The notes under the pieces: model-generated
Seen by the model: only the letters and a program-made list of their open reading frames with translations
The model's database searches: none
What the model was told of the DNA's origin: nothing
Shown here: positions 22,082-36,438 of the stretch, piece by piece
Position numbering within the stretch: the first letter of the stretch is position 1
Layout of the letters: each line of letters opens with the position of its first letter
Made by a program: the position numbers and the translations under genes
Origin: Squalus acanthias
Lineage: Eukaryota
DNA length: 64,000 nucleotides
Direction: 5' to 3'
NCBI GenBank assembly: GCA_030390025.1
Contig: JASTWF010000344.1
Span: forward strand, 434,001 to 498,000

Positions 22082-25000
22082 GCCATGGCTCAGTCTCGCC
22101 TCTGAGTCCCAAGCCCTGCTCCAGAGATTAAAGCCCATTATCCAGGCTGACACTCACAGTGCCAACACTGAGGGCGCGCCGCACTGTCGGAGGGGCAGTA
22201 CTGAGGGAGCGCTGCACTGTCGGAGGGTCAGTACTGAGGGAGCGCTGCACTGTCGGATGGACAGTACTGAGGGAGCGCTGCACTGTCAGAGGGGCAGTTC
22301 TGAGGGAGCATTACACTATCGGAGGGGCAGTACTGAGGGAGCGCTGCACTGTCGGAGGGGCAATACTGAGGGATCACTGCACTGTCGGAGGGGCAGTAAT
22401 GAAGGGAGCGCTGCACTGTCGGAGGGTCAGTACTGAGGGAGTGCTGCACTGTCGGAGGGGCAGTAATGAAGGGAGCGCTGCACTGTCGGAGGGTCAGTAC
22501 TGATAGAGCGCTGCACTGTCGGAGCGGCAGTACTGAGGGAGCGCTGCACTGTCGGAGCGGCAGTACTGAGGGAGCGCTGCACTGTCGGAGGGGCAGTACT
22601 GAGGCAGTGCTGCACTGTCGGAGGGGCAGTAATGAGGGACTGTTGCACCGTCGGAGGTGCAGTACTGAGGAAGCGCTGCACTGTCGGAGGGGCTGTACTG
22701 ATGGAGTGCTGCACTTTCGGAGGGTCAGTACTGAGGGAGTGCTGCACTGTCGGAGCGTCAGTACTGAGGGATCGCTGCACTGTCGGAGTGTCAGTACTGA
22801 GGGTGTGCTGCACTGTCGGAGGGTCAGTACTGAGGGAGCGCTGCACTGTCGGAGGGGCAGTACTGAGGGAGTGCCGCACTGTCGGAGGGGCAGTACTGAG
22901 GGAGTGCCGCACTGTCGGAGGGGCAGTACTGAGGGAGCGATGCACTGTCGGAGGGGCAGTACTGAGGAAGCACAGAACTGTCGCCGAGGCGCTACTGAGG
23001 GAGCGCTGCACTGTCGGAGGGGCGGTACTGAGGGAGCGCTGCACTGTCGGAGGGGCAGTACTGAGGGAGCGCTGCACTGTCGGAGGGGCAGTGCTGAGGG
23101 AGTGCTACACTGTCGGAGGTTCACTACTGAGGTAGCGCTGCACTGTCGGAGGGTCAGTACTGAGGGAGCACTGCACTGTCGGAGGGGCAGTACTGAGGGA
23201 GCGCCGCACTGTCGGAGGGGCAGTACTGAGGGTGTGCTGAACTGTCGGATGGACAGTACTGAGGGTGCGCTGCACTGTCGGAGGGGCTGTACCGACGGAG
23301 TGCTGCACTGTCGGAGGGTCAGTACTGAGGGAGTGCTGCACTATCGGAGGGTCAGTACTGAGCGAGCGCTGCACTGTCAGAGGGACAGTACCGAGGGAAC
23401 GCTGCACTGTCGGAGGGGCAGTACTGAGGAAGCGCTGCACTGTCGGATGGACAGTACTGAGGAAGCGCCGCAATGTCAGAGGGGTAGTACTGAGGGAACG
23501 CCGCACTGTCGGTGGGGCAGTACTGAGGGAACGCCGCACTGTCGGTGGGGCAGTACTGAGGAAGCGCTGCACTGTCAGAGGGGTAGTACTGAGGGAGTGC
23601 CGCACAGTCGGAGGGTCAGTACTGAGGGAGCACTGCACTGTCGGAGGGGTAGTACTGAGGGAACGCCGCACTGTCGGTGGGGCAGTACTGAGGGAGCGCT
23701 GCATTGTCGGAGGTTCAGTACTGAGGGAGCGCTGCACTGTCAGAGGGGTAGTACTGAGGGAGAGCCGCACTGTCGGAGGGGTAGTACTGAGGGAGTGCCG
23801 CACTGTCGGAGCGACCGTAATGAGGGAGTGCCACACTGTCGGAGGGGCAGTACTGAGGGCGCACGGCACTGTCGGAGGGGCAGTACTGAGGGAGAGCTGC
23901 ACTGTTGGAGGGTCAGTACTGAGGAAGCGCTGCAATGTCAGTGGGGTAGTACTGAGGGAGTGCTGCACTGTCGGAGGGGAAGTACTGATGGAGAGCTGCA
24001 CTGTCGGAGGGGCAGTACTGAGGGAGTGCTGCACTGTCGGAGGGGCAGAACTGAGGGAGCGCTTCACTGTCGGAGGGTCAGTACAGAGGGAGTGCTGCAC
24101 TGTCGGAGCGGCAGTATTGAGGGAGCGCTGTACTGTCGGAGGCAGTACTGAGGGAGCGCTGCACTGTCGGAGGCAGTACTGAGGGAGCACGGCACTGTCG
24201 GAGAGGCAGTAATGAGGAAACGCTGCACTGTCAGTGGGGTAGAACTGAGGGAGTGCTGCACTGTCAGAGGGGCAGTACTGAAGGAGCGCTGCACTGTTGG
24301 AGGGTTAGTACTGAGGGAGTGCTGCACTATCGGAGGGTCAGTACTGAGGGAGTGCTGCACTATCGGAGGGGCAGTACTGAGGGAGCGCTGCACTGTCAAA
24401 GGGGCAGTACTGAACGAGTATTGCACTGTCGGAGGCAGTACTTAGGGAGTGCTGCACTGTCGGAGGGGCATTACTGAGAGAGTGCTGCACTGTCGGAAGG
24501 GCAGTCCTGAGGAAGTGCCGCACTGTCGGTGGTTCAGTACTGACGGTGCGCTGCACTGTCGGAGGGTCCGTACTGAGGGAGAGCTGCACTGTCAGAGGGG
24601 TAGTACTGAGGGAGTGCCGCACAGTCGGAGGGGCAGTACTGAGGGAGTGCCGCACTGTCGGAGGGGCAGTACTGAGGGAGTGCCACACTGTCGGAGGGGC
24701 AGTACTGAGGGAGCGATGCAGTGTAGGAGGGGCAGTACTGAGGGAGCGCTGCACTGTCGGAGGGGCAGTACTGAGGGAGCGCTGCACTGTCGGAGGGGCA
24801 GTACTGAGGGAGCGCCGCACTGTCGGAGGGGCAGTACTGAGGGTGTGCTGAACTGTCGGATGGACAGTACTGAGGGTGCGCTGCACTGTCGGAGGGGCTG
24901 TACCGACGGAGTGCTGCATTGTCGGAGGGTCAGTACTGAGGGAGCGCTGCACTGTCGGAGGGGCAGTACTGAGGGAGCGCTGCACTGTCGGAGGGGCAGT

Positions 25001-28000
25001 AATGAGGGTGTGCTGCACTGTCGGAGGGGCAGTACTGAGGGAGCACTGCACTGTCGGAGGGGCAGTACTGAGGGATCACTGCACTGTCGGAGGGGCAGTA
25101 CTGAGGGAGAGCCGCACTGTCGGAGGGGCAGTTCTGAGGGAGCGCTGCACTGTCAGATGGACAGTACTGAGGGAGCACTGCACTGTCGGAGGGACTGTAC
25201 TGATGGAGTGCAGCAGTTTCGAAGGGACAGTACTGAGGGAATGCTGCACTGTCAGAGGGTCAGTACTGAGGAAGCGCTGCACTGTCGGAGGGGCTGTACT
25301 GATGGAGTGCTGCACTTTCGGAGGGTCAGTACTGAGGGACCGCTGCACTGTCGGAGTGTCAGTACTGAGGGTGTGCTGCACTGTCGGAGGGTCAGTACTG
25401 AGGGAGCGCTGCACTGTCGGATGGACAGTACTGAGGGAGCGCTGCACTGTCGGAGGGGCAGTACTGAGGGAGCATTACACTGTCGGAGGGGCAGTAATGA
25501 GGGAGTGCTGCACTGTTGGATGGACAGTACTGAGGGAGCGCTGCACTGTCGGAGGGGCAGTACTGAGGGATCACTGCACTGTCGGAGGGGCAGTAATGAG
25601 GGAGAGCCGCACTGTCGGAGGGGCAGTACTGAGGGAGCGCTGCACTGTCGGATGGACAGTACTGAGGGAGTGCTGCACTGTCGGAGGGGCTGTACTGATG
25701 GAGTGCAGCTGTTACGAAGGGTCAGTACTGAGGAAGTGCTGCACTGTCGGAGGGTCAGTACTGATAGAGCGCTGCACTGTCAGAGCGGCAGTACCGAGGG
25801 AGTGCTGCACTGTTGGATGGGCAGTACTGAGGGAGAGCCGCACTGTCGGAGGGGCAGTACTGAGGGAAAGCTGCACTGTCGGAGGGGCAGTACTGAGGGA
25901 GAGCCGCACTGTCGGAGGGGCAGTACTGAGGGAGAGCTGCACTGTCGGAGGGGCAGTACTGAGGGAGCGCTGCACTGTCGGATGGGCAGTACTGAGGTAG
26001 CGCTGCACTGTCGGAGAGGCAGGAATGAGGAAACGCTGCACTGTCAGTGGGGTAGAACTGAGGGAGTGCTGCACTGTCAGAGGGGCAGTACTGAAGGAGC
26101 GCTGCACTGTTGGAGGGTTAGTACTGAGGGAGTGCTGCACTATCGGAGGGTCAGTACTGAGGGAGTGCTGCACTATCGGAGGGGCAGTACTGAGGGAGCG
26201 CTGCACTGTCAAAGGGGCAGTACTGAACGAGTATTGCACTGTCGGAGGCAGTACTTAGGGAGTGCTGCACTGTCGGAGGGGCATTACTGAGAGAGTGCTG
26301 CACTGTCGGAAGGGCAGTCCTGAGGAAGTGCCGCACTGTCGGTGGTTTAGTACTGACGGTGCGCTGCACTGTCGGAGGGTCCGTACTGAGGGAGAGCTGC
26401 ACTGTCAGAGGGGTAGTACTGAGGGAGTGCCGCACAGTCGGAGGGGCAGTACTGAGGGAGTGCCGCACTGTCGGAGGGGCAGTACTGAGGGAGTGCCGCA
26501 CTGTCGGAGGGGCAGTACTGAGGGAGCGATGCACTGTAGGAGGGGCAGTACTGAGGGAGTGCTGCACTGTCCGAGGGGCAGTACTGAGGGAGTTCTGCGC
26601 TGTCGGAGGGGCAGTACTGAGGGAGCGCTGCACTGTCGGAGGGGCAGTACTGAGGGAGCGCTGCACTGTCGGAGGGGCAGTACTGAGGGAGCGCTGCACA
26701 GTCGGAGGGGCAGTACTGAGGGAGTGCTGCACTGTCGGAGGGGCAGTACTGAGGGAGTTCTGCGCTGTCGGAGGGGCAGTACTGAGGGAGCGCTGCACTG
26801 TCGGAGGGGCAGTACTGAGGGAGCGCCGCACTGTCGGAGGGGCAGTACTGAGGAAGTGCTGCACTGTCGGATGGACAGTACTGAGGAAGCACCGCAATGT
26901 CAGAGGGGTAGTACTGAGGGAACGCTGCACTGTCGGTGGGGCAGTAATGAGGGAGTGCTGCACTCTCGATGGGCAGTGCTGAGGTATTACTGCACTGTCG
27001 GGGGCAGTACTGAGGGAGCGCTGCACTGTTGGAGGGGCAGTACTGAGGGAGCGCTGCACTGTCAAAGGGGCAGTACTGAACGAGTATTGCACTGTCGGAG
27101 GCAGTACTTAGGGAGTGCTGCACTGTCGGAGGGGCAGTACTGAGGGAGTGCTGCACTGTCAGAGGGGCAGTACTGAGGGAGTGCTGCACTGTCAGAAGGG
27201 CAGTACTGAGCGAGTGCTGCACTGTCAGAGGGGCAGCACTGAGCGAGAGCTGCATTGTCAGAGGGCAGTACTGAGGGAGTGCTGCACTGTCGGAGGGGCA
27301 GTACTGAGGGAGAGCTGCACTGTCGGAGAGGTAGAACTGAGGGAGTGCTGCACTGTCAGAGGGGCAGTACTGAAGGAGTGCTGCACTGTTGGAGGGTTAG
27401 TACTGAGGGAGTGCTGCACTATCGGAGGGTCAGTACTGAGGGAGTGCTGCACTATCGGAGGGGCAGTACTGAGGGAGCGCTGCACTGTCAAAGGGGCAGT
27501 ACTGAACGAGTATTGCACTGTCGGAGGCAGTACTTAGGGAGTGCTGCACTGTCGGAGGGGCATTACTGAGGGAGTGCTGCACTGTCGGAAGGGCAGTCCT
27601 GAGGAAGTGCCGCACTGTCGGTGGTTTAGTACTGACGGTGCGCTGCACTGTCGGAGGGTCCGTACTGACGGTGCGCTGCACTGTCGGAGGGTCCGTACTG
27701 AGGGAGAGCTGCACTGTCAGAGGGGTAGTACTGAGGGAGTGCCGCACAGTCGGAGGGGCAGTACTGAGGGAGCGATGCACTGTAGGAGGGGCAGTACTGA
27801 GGGAGTGCTGCACTGTCGGAGGGGCAGTACTGAGGTAGCGCTGCACTGTCGGAGAGGCAGGAATGAGGAAACGCTGCACTGTCAGTGGGGTAGAACTGAG
27901 GGAGTGCTGCACTGTCAGAGGGGCAGTACTGAGGGAGCGCTGCACTGTCAAAGGGGCAGTACTGAACGAGTATTGCACTGTCGGAGGCAGTACTTAGGGA

Positions 28001-31000
28001 GTGCTGCACTGTCGGAGGGGCATTACTGAGGGAGTGCTGCACTGTCGGAAGGGCAGTCCTGAGGAAGTGCCGCACTGTCGGTGGTTTAGTACTGACGGTG
28101 CGCTGCACTGTCGGAGGGTCCGTACTGACGGTGCGCTGCACTGTCGGAGGGTCCGTACTGAGGGAGAGCTGCACTGTCAGAGGGGTAGTACTGAGGGAGT
28201 GCCGCACAGTCGGAGGGGCAGTACTGAGGGAGCGATGCACTGTAGGAGGGGCAGTACTGAGGGAGTGCTGCACTGTCGGAGGGGCAGTACTGAGGTAGCG
28301 CTGCACTGTCGGAGAGGCAGGAATGAGGAAACGCTGCACTGTCAGTGGGGTAGAACTGAGGGAGTGCTGCACTGTCAGAGGGGCAGTACTGAAGGAGCGC
28401 TGCACTGTTGGAGGGTTAGTACTGAGGGAGTGCTGCACTATCGGAGGGTCAGTACTGAGGGAGTGCTGCACTATCGGAGGGGCAGTACTGAGGGAGCGCT
28501 GCACTGTCAAAGGGGCAGTACTGAACGAGTATTGCACTGTCGGAGGCAGTACTTAGGGAGTGCTGCACTGTCGGAGGGGCATTACTGAGAGAGTGCTGCA
28601 CTGTCGGAAGGGCAGTCCTGAGGAAGTGCCGCACTGTCGGTGGTTTAGTACTGACGGTGCGCTGCACTGTCGGAGGGTCCGTACTGAGGGAGAGCTGCAC
28701 TGTCAGAGGGGTAGTACTGAGGGAGTGCCGCACAGTCGGAGGGGCAGTACTGAGGGAGTGCCGCACTGTCGGAGGGGCAGTACTGAGGGAGTGCCGCACT
28801 GTCGGAGGGGCAGTACTGAGGGAGCGATGCACTGTAGGAGGGGCAGTACTGAGGGAGTGCTGCACTGTCCGAGGGGCAGTACTGAGGGAGTTCTGCGCTG
28901 TCGGAGGGGCAGTACTGAGGGAACGCCGCACTGTCGGTGGGGCAGTAATGAGGGAGTGCTGCACTGTCGATGGGCAGTGCTGAGGTATTACTGCACTGTC
29001 GGGGGCAGTACTGAGGGAGCGCTGCACTGTTGGAGGGGCAGTACTGAGGGAGTGCCGCACAGTCGGAGGGGCAGTACTGAGGGAGCGATGCACTGTAGGA
29101 GGGGCAGTACTGAGGGAGTGCTGCACTGTCGGAGGGGCAGTACTGAGGGAGTTCTGCGCTGTCGGAGGGGCAGTACTGAGGGAGAGCTGCACTGTCGGAG
29201 GGGCAGTACTGAGGGAGCGCTGCACTGTCGGAGGGGCAGTACTGAGGGAGCGCTGCACTGTCGGAGGGGCAGTACTGAGGGAGTGCTGCATTGTCGGAGG
29301 GGCAGTAGTGAGGGAGTTCTGCGCTGTCGGAGGGGCAGTACTGAGGGAGCGCTGCACTGTCGGAGGGGCAGTACTGAGGGAGCGCTGCACTGTCGGAGGG
29401 GCAGTACTGAGGGAGTGCTGCACTGTCAGAGGGGCAGTACTGAGGGAGTGCTGCATTGTCAGAGGGCAGTACTGAGGGAGTGCTGCACTGTCGGAGGGGC
29501 AGTACTGAGGGAGAGCTGCACTGTCGGAGAGGTAGAACTGAGGGAGTGCTGCACTGTCAGAGGGGCAGTACTGAAGGAGTGCTGCACTGTTGGAGGGTTA
29601 GTACTGAGGGAGTGCTGCACTATCGGAGGGTCAGTACTGAGGGAGTGCTGCACTATCGGAGGGGCAGTACTGAGGGAGCGCTGCACTGTCAAAGGGGCAG
29701 TACTGAACGAGTATTGCACTGTCGGAGGCAGTACTTAGGGAGTGCTGCACTGTCGGAGGGGCATTACTGAGGGAGTGCTGCACTGTCGGAAGGGCAGTCC
29801 TGAGGAAGTGCCGCACTGTCGGTGGTTTAGTACTGACGGTGCGCTGCACTGTCGGAGGGTCCGTACTGACGGTGCGCTGCACTGTCGGAGGGTCCGTACT
29901 GAGGGAGAGCTGCACTGTCAGAGGGGTAGTACTGAGGGAGTGCCGCACAGTCGGAGGGGCAGTACTGAGGGAGCGATGCACTGTAGGAGGGGCAGTACTG
30001 AGGGAGTGCTGCACTGTCGGAGGGGCAGTACTGAGGGAGTTCTGCGCTGTCGGAGGGGCAGTACTGAGGGAGCGCTGCACTGTCGGAGGGGCAGTACTGA
30101 GGGAGCGCTGCACTGTCGGAGGGGCAGTACTGAGGGAGCGCTGCACTGTCGGAGGGGCAGTAGTGAGGGAGTGCTGCATTGTCGGAGGGGCAGTAGTGAG
30201 GGAGTTCTGCGCTGTCGGAGGGGCAGTACTGAGGGAGCGCTGCACTGTCGGAGGGGCAGTACTGAGGGAGCGCTGCACTGTCGGAGGGGCAGTACTGAGG
30301 GAGCGCCGCACTGTTGGAGGGGCAGTACTGAGGGTGTGCTGAACTGTCGGATGGACAGTACTGAGGGTGCGCTGCACTGTCGGAGGGGCTGTACCGACGG
30401 AGTGCTGCACTGTCGGAGGGTCAGTACTGAGGGAGTGCTGCACTATCGGAGGGTCAGTACTGAGGGAGCGCTGCACTGTCAGAGGGACAGTACCGAGGGA
30501 ACGCTGCACTGTCGGAGGGGCAGTACTGAGGAAGTGCTGCACTGTCGGATGGACAGTACTGAGGAAGCACCGCAATGTCAGAGGGGTAGTACTGAGGGAA
30601 CGCCGCACTGTCGGTGGGGCAGTAATGAGGGAGTGCTGCACTGTCGATGGGCAGTGCTGAGGTATTACTGCACTGTCGGGGGCAGTACTGAGGGAGCGCT
30701 GCACTGTTGGAGGGGCAGTACTGAGGGAGCGCTGCACTGTCAAAGGGGCAGTACTGAACGAGTATTGCACTGTCGGAGGCAGTACTTAGGGAGTGCTGCA
30801 CTGTCGGAGGGGCAGTACTGAGGGAGTGCTGCACTGTCAGAGGGGCAGTACTGAGGGAGTGCTGCACTGTCAGAAGGGCAGTACTGAGCGAGTGCTGCAC
30901 TGTCAGAGGGGCAGCACTGAGCGAGAGCTGCATTGTCAGAGGGCAGTACTGAGGGAGTGCTGCACTGTCGGAGGGGCAGTACTGAGGGAGAGCTGCACTG

Positions 31001-34000
31001 TCGGAGTGGTAGAACTGAGGGAGTGCAGCACTGTCAGAGGGGCAGTACTGAAGGAGTGCTGCACTGTTGGAGGGTTAGTACTGAGGGAGTGCTGCACTAT
31101 CGGAGGGTCAGTACTGAGGGAGTGCTGCACTATCGGAGGGGCAGTACTGAGGGAGCGCTGCACTGTCAAAGGGGCAGTACTGAACGAGTATTGCACTGTC
31201 GGAGGGGCAGTACTTAGGGAGTGCTGCACTGTCGGAGGGGCATTACTGAGGGAGTGCTGCACTGTCGGAAGGGCAGTCCTGAGGAAGTGCCGCACTGTCG
31301 GTGGTTTAGTACTGACGGTGCGCTGCACTGTCGGAGGGTCCGTACTGAGGGAGAGCTGCACTGTCAGAGGGGTAGTACTGAGGGAGTGCCGCACAGTCAG
31401 AGGGGCAGTACTGAGGGAGTGCCGCACTGTCGGAGGGGCAGTACTGAGGGAGTGCCGCACTGTCGTAGGGGCAGTACTGAGGGAGCGATTCACTGTAGGA
31501 GGGGCAGTACTGAGGGAGAGCTGCACTGTCGGAGGGGCAGTACTGAGGGAGTTCTGCGCTGTCGGAGGGGCAGTACTGAGGGAGCGCTGCACTGTCGGAG
31601 GGGCAGTACTGAGGGAGCGCTGCACTGTCGGAGGGGCAGTACTGAGGGAGCGCTGCACTGTCGGAGGGGCAGTACTGAGGGAGCGCTGCACTGTCGGAGG
31701 GGCAGTACTGAGGGAGTGCTGCACTGTCGGAGGGGCAGTACTGAGGGAGTTCTGCGCTGTCGGAGGGGCAGTACTGAGGGAGCGCTGCACTGTCGGAGGG
31801 GCAGTACTGAGACAGCGCTGCACTGTCGGAGGGGCAGTACTGAGGGAGCGCCGCACTGTCGGAGGGGCAGTACTGAGGGTGTGCTGAACTGTCGGATGGA
31901 CAGTACTGAGGGTACGCTGCACTGTCGGAGGGGCTGTACCGACGGAGTGCTGCACTGTCGGAGGGTCAGTACTGAGGGAGTGCTGCACTATCGGAGGGTC
32001 AGTACTGAGGGAGCGCTGCACTGTCAGAGGGACAGTACCGAGGGAACGCTGCACTGTCGGAGGGGCAGTACTGAGGAAGCGCTGCACTGTCGGATGGACA
32101 GTACTGAGGAAGCACCGCAATGTCAGAGGGGTAGTACTGAGGGAACGCCGCACTGTCGGTGGGGCAGTAATGAGGGAGTGCTGCACTGTCGATGGGCAGT
32201 GCTGAGGTATTACTGCACTGTCGGGGGCAGTACTGAGGGAGCGCTGCACTGTTGGAGGGGCAGTACTGAGGGAGCGCTGCACTGTCAAAGGGGCAGTACT
32301 GAACGAGTATTGCACTGTCGGAGGCAGTACTTAGGGAGTGCTGCACTGTCGGAGGGGCAGTACTGAGGGAGTGCTGCACTGTCAGAGGGGCAGTACTGAG
32401 CGAGTGCTGCACTGTCAGAGGGGCAGCACTGAGCGAGAGCTGCATTGTCAGAGGGCAGTACTGAGGGAGTGCTGCACTGTCGGAGGGGCAGTACTGAGGG
32501 AGAGCTGCACTGTCGGAGGGGCAGTACTGAGGGAGTGCTGCACTGTCGGAGGGGCAGTACTGAGGGAGGGCTGCACTGTCGGAGGGTCAGTACTGAGGGA
32601 GTGCTGCACTGTCGGAGGGGCAGCACTGAGTGAGAGCTGCACTGTCAGGGGGCAGTACTGAGGGAGCGCTGCACTGTTGGAGGGGCAGTACTGAGGGAGC
32701 GCTGCACTGTTGGAGGGGCAGTACTGAGGGAGTTCTGCGCTGTCGGAGGGGTAGTACTGAGGGAGCGCTGCACTGTCGGAGGAGCAGTACTGAGGGAGTT
32801 CTGCGCTGTCGGAGGGGCAGTACTGAGGGAGTTCTGCGCTGTCGGAGGGGCAGTACTGAGGGAGCACTGCACTGTCGGAGGGGCAGTACTGAGGGAGCGC
32901 TGCACTGTTGGAGGGGCAGTACTGAGGGAGTGCTGCACTGTCGGAGGGGCAGTACTGAGGGAGTTCTGCGCTGTCGGAGGGGTAGTACTGAGGGAGCGCT
33001 GCACTGTCGGAGGGGCAGTACTGAGGGAGCGCTGCACTGTCGGAAGGGCAGTACTGAGGGAGTACTGCACTGTCGGAGGGGCAGTACTGAGGGAGTGCTG
33101 CATTGTCGGAGGGGCAGTAGTGAGGGAGTTCTGCGCTGTCGGAGGGGCAGTACTGAGGGAGCGCTGCACTGTCAGAGGGGCAGTACTGAGGGAGCGCTGC
33201 ACTGTCGGAGGGGCAGTACTGAGGGAGCGCCGCACTGTCGGAGGGGCAGTACTGAGGGTGTGCTGAACTGTCGGATGGACAGTACTGAGGGTGCGCTGCA
33301 CTGTCGGAGGGGCTGTACCGACGGAGTGCTGCACTGTCGGAGGGTCAGTACTGAGGGAGTGCTGCACTATCGGAGGGTCAGTACTGAGGGAGCGCTGCAC
33401 TGTCAGAGGGACAGTACCGAGGGAACGCTGCACTGTCGGAGGGGCAGTACTGAGGAAGTGCTGCACTGTCGGATGGACAGTACTGAGGAAGCACCGCAAT
33501 GTCAGAGGGGTAGTACTGAGGGAACGCCGCACTGTCGGTGGGGCAGTAATGAGGGAGTGCTGCACTGTCGATGGGCAGTGCTGAGGTATTACTGCACTGT
33601 CGGGGGCAGTACTGAGGGAGCGCTGCACTGTTGGAGGGGCAGTACTGAGGGAGCGCTGCACTGTCAAAGGGGCAGTACTGAACGAGTATTGCACTGTCGG
33701 AGGCAGTACTTAGGGAGTGCTGCACTGTCGGAGGGGCAGTACTGAGGGAGTGCTGCACTGTCAGAGGGGCAGTACTGAGGGAGTGCTGCACTGTCAGAAG
33801 GGCAGTACTGAGCGAGTGCTGCACTGTCAGAGGGGCAGCACTGAGCGAGAGCTGCATTGTCAGAGGGCAGTACTGAGGGAGTGCTGCACTGTCGGAGGGG
33901 CAGTACTGAGGGAGAGCTGCACTGTCGGAGTGGTAGAACTGAGGGAGTGCAGCACTGTCAGAGGGGCAGTACTGAAGGAGTGCTGCACTGTTGGAGGGTT

Positions 34001-36438
34001 AGTACTGAGGGAGTGCTGCACTATCGGAGGGTCAGTACTGAGGGAGTGCTGCACTATCGGAGGGGCAGTACTGAGGGAGCGCTGCACTGTCAAAGGGGCA
34101 GTACTGAACGAGTATTGCACTGTCGGAGGGGCAGTACTTAGGGAGTGCTGCACTGTCGGAGGGGCATTACTGAGGGAGTGCTGCACTGTCGGAAGGGCAG
34201 TCCTGAGGAAGTGCCGCACTGTCGGTGGTTTAGTACTGACGGTGCGCTGCACTGTCGGAGGGTCCGTACTGAGGGAGAGCTGCACTGTCAGAGGGGTAGT
34301 ACTGAGGGAGTGCCGCACTGTCAGAGGGGTAGTACTGAGGGAGTGCCGCACAGTCAGAGGGGCAGTACTGAGGGAGTGCCGCACTGTCGGAGGGGCAGTA
34401 CTGAGGGAGTGCCGCACTGTCGTAGGGGCAGTACTGAGGGAGCGATTCACTGTAGGAGGGGCAGTACTGAGGGAGAGCTGCACTGTCGGAGGGGCAGTAC
34501 TGAGGGAGTTCTGCGCTGTCGGAGGGGCAGTACTGAGGGAGCGCTGCACTGTCGGAGGGGCAGTACTGAGGGAGCGCTGCACTGTCGGAGGGGCAGTACT
34601 GAGGGAGCGCTGCACTGTCGGAGGGGCAGTACTGAGGGAGCGCTGCACTGTCGGAGGGGCAGTACTGAGGGAGTGCTGCACTGTCGGAGGGGCAGTACTG
34701 AGGGAGTTCTGCGCTGTCGGAGGGGCAGTACTGAGGGAGCGCTGCACTGTCGGAGGGGCAGTACTGAGGCAGCGCTGCACTGTCGGAGGGGCAGTACTGA
34801 GGGAGCGCCGCACTGTCGGAGGGGCAGTACTGAGGGTGTGCTGAACTGTCGGATGGACAGTACTGAGGGTACGCTGCACTGTCGGAGGGGCTGTACCGAC
34901 GGAGTGCTGCACTGTCGGAGGGTCAGTACTGAGGGAGTGCTGCACTATCGGAGGGTCAGTACTGAGGGAGCGCTGCACTGTCAGAGGGACAGTACCGAGG
35001 GAACGCTGCACTGTCGGAGGGGCAGTACTGAGGAAGCGCTGCACTGTCGGATGGACAGTACTGAGGAAGCACCGCAATGTCAGAGGGGTAGTACTGAGGG
35101 AACGCCGCACTGTCGGTGGGGCAGTAATGAGGGAGTGCTGCACTGTCGATGGGCAGTGCTGAGGTATTACTGCACTGTCGGGGGCAGTACTGAGGGAGCG
35201 CTGCACTGTTGGAGGGGCAGTACTGAGGGAGCGCTGCACTGTCAAAGGGGCAGTACTGAACGAGTATTGCACTGTCGGAGGCAGTACTTAGGGAGTGCTG
35301 CACTGTCGGAGGGGCAGTACTGAGGGAGTGCTGCACTGTCAGAGGGGCAGTACTGAGGGAGTGCTGCACTGTCAGAGGGGCAGTACTGAGCGAGTGCTGC
35401 ACTGTCAGAGGGGCAGCACTGAGCGAGAGCTGCATTGTCAGAGGGCAGTACTGAGGGAGTGCTGCACTGTCGGAGGGGCAGTACTGAGGGAGAGCTGCAC
35501 TGTCGGAGGGGCAGTACTGAGGGAGTGCTGCACTGTCGGAGGGGCAGTACTGAGGGAGGGCTGCACTGTCGGAGGGTCAGTACTGAGGGAGTGCTGCACT
35601 GTCGGAGGGGCAGCACTGAGTGAGAGCTGCACTGTCAGGGGGCAGTACTGAGGGAGCGCTGCACTGTTGGAGGGGCAGTACTGAGGGAGCGCTGCACTGT
35701 TGGAGGGGCACTACTGAGGGAGTTCTGCGCTGTCGGAGGGGTAGTACTGAGGGAGCGCTGCACTGTCGGAGGGGCAGTACTGAGGGAGTTCTGCGCTGTC
35801 GGAGGGGCAGTACTGAGGGAGTTCTGCGCTGTCGGAGGGGCAGTACTGAGGGAGCACTGCACTGTCGGAGGGGCAGTACTGAGGGAGCGCTGCACTGTAG
35901 GAGGGGCAGTACTGAGGGAGTGCTGCACTGTCGGAGGGGCAGTACTGAGGGAGTTCTGCGCTGTCGGAGGGGTAGTACTGAGGGAGAGCTGCACTGTCGG
36001 AGGGGCAGTACTGAGGGAGCGCTGCACTGTCGGAAGGGCAGTACTGAGGGAGTACTGCACTGTCGGAGGGGCAGTACTGAGGGAGCGCTGCACTGTCGGA
36101 GGGGCAGTACTGAGGGAGTGCTGCACTGTCGGAGGGGCAGTACTGAGGGAGTGCTGCACTGTCGGAGGGGCAGTACTGAGGGAGTGCTGCACTGTCGGAG
36201 GGGCAGTACTGAGGGAGCGCTGCACTGTCGGAGGGGCAGTACTGAGGGAGTGCTGCATTGTCGGAGGGGCAGTACTGAGGGAGTGCTGCACTGTCGGAGG
36301 GGCAGTACTGAGGGAGCGCTGCACTGTCGGAGGGGCAGTACTGAGGGAGTGCTGCAACGTCTTTTGGATGAAACATTAAACCAAGGCCCCATCTGCCATT
36401 TTTTCCCTATGTTAAATGCTGGCTATAAATGCAAGTTT
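22082..36438 (+). mobile_element. DeuSINE (SacSINE1-like) copy split by an internal satellite expansion
   Basis: Head GCCATGGCTCAGT...ATCCAGGCTGACACT at 22082-22155; continuation GTCTTTTGGATGAAACATTAAACCAAGGCCCCATCTGCC at 36359-36397; tail-like GCTATAAATGCAAGT at 36422. Confidence 0.75.
22158..36356. repeat. 14.2-kb 33-bp minisatellite (GCAGTACTGAGGGAGCGCTGCACTGTCGGAGGG), about 430 units
   Basis: 11-aa periodic translation (LHCRRGSTEGA); recurrent variant blocks. Confidence 0.98.
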
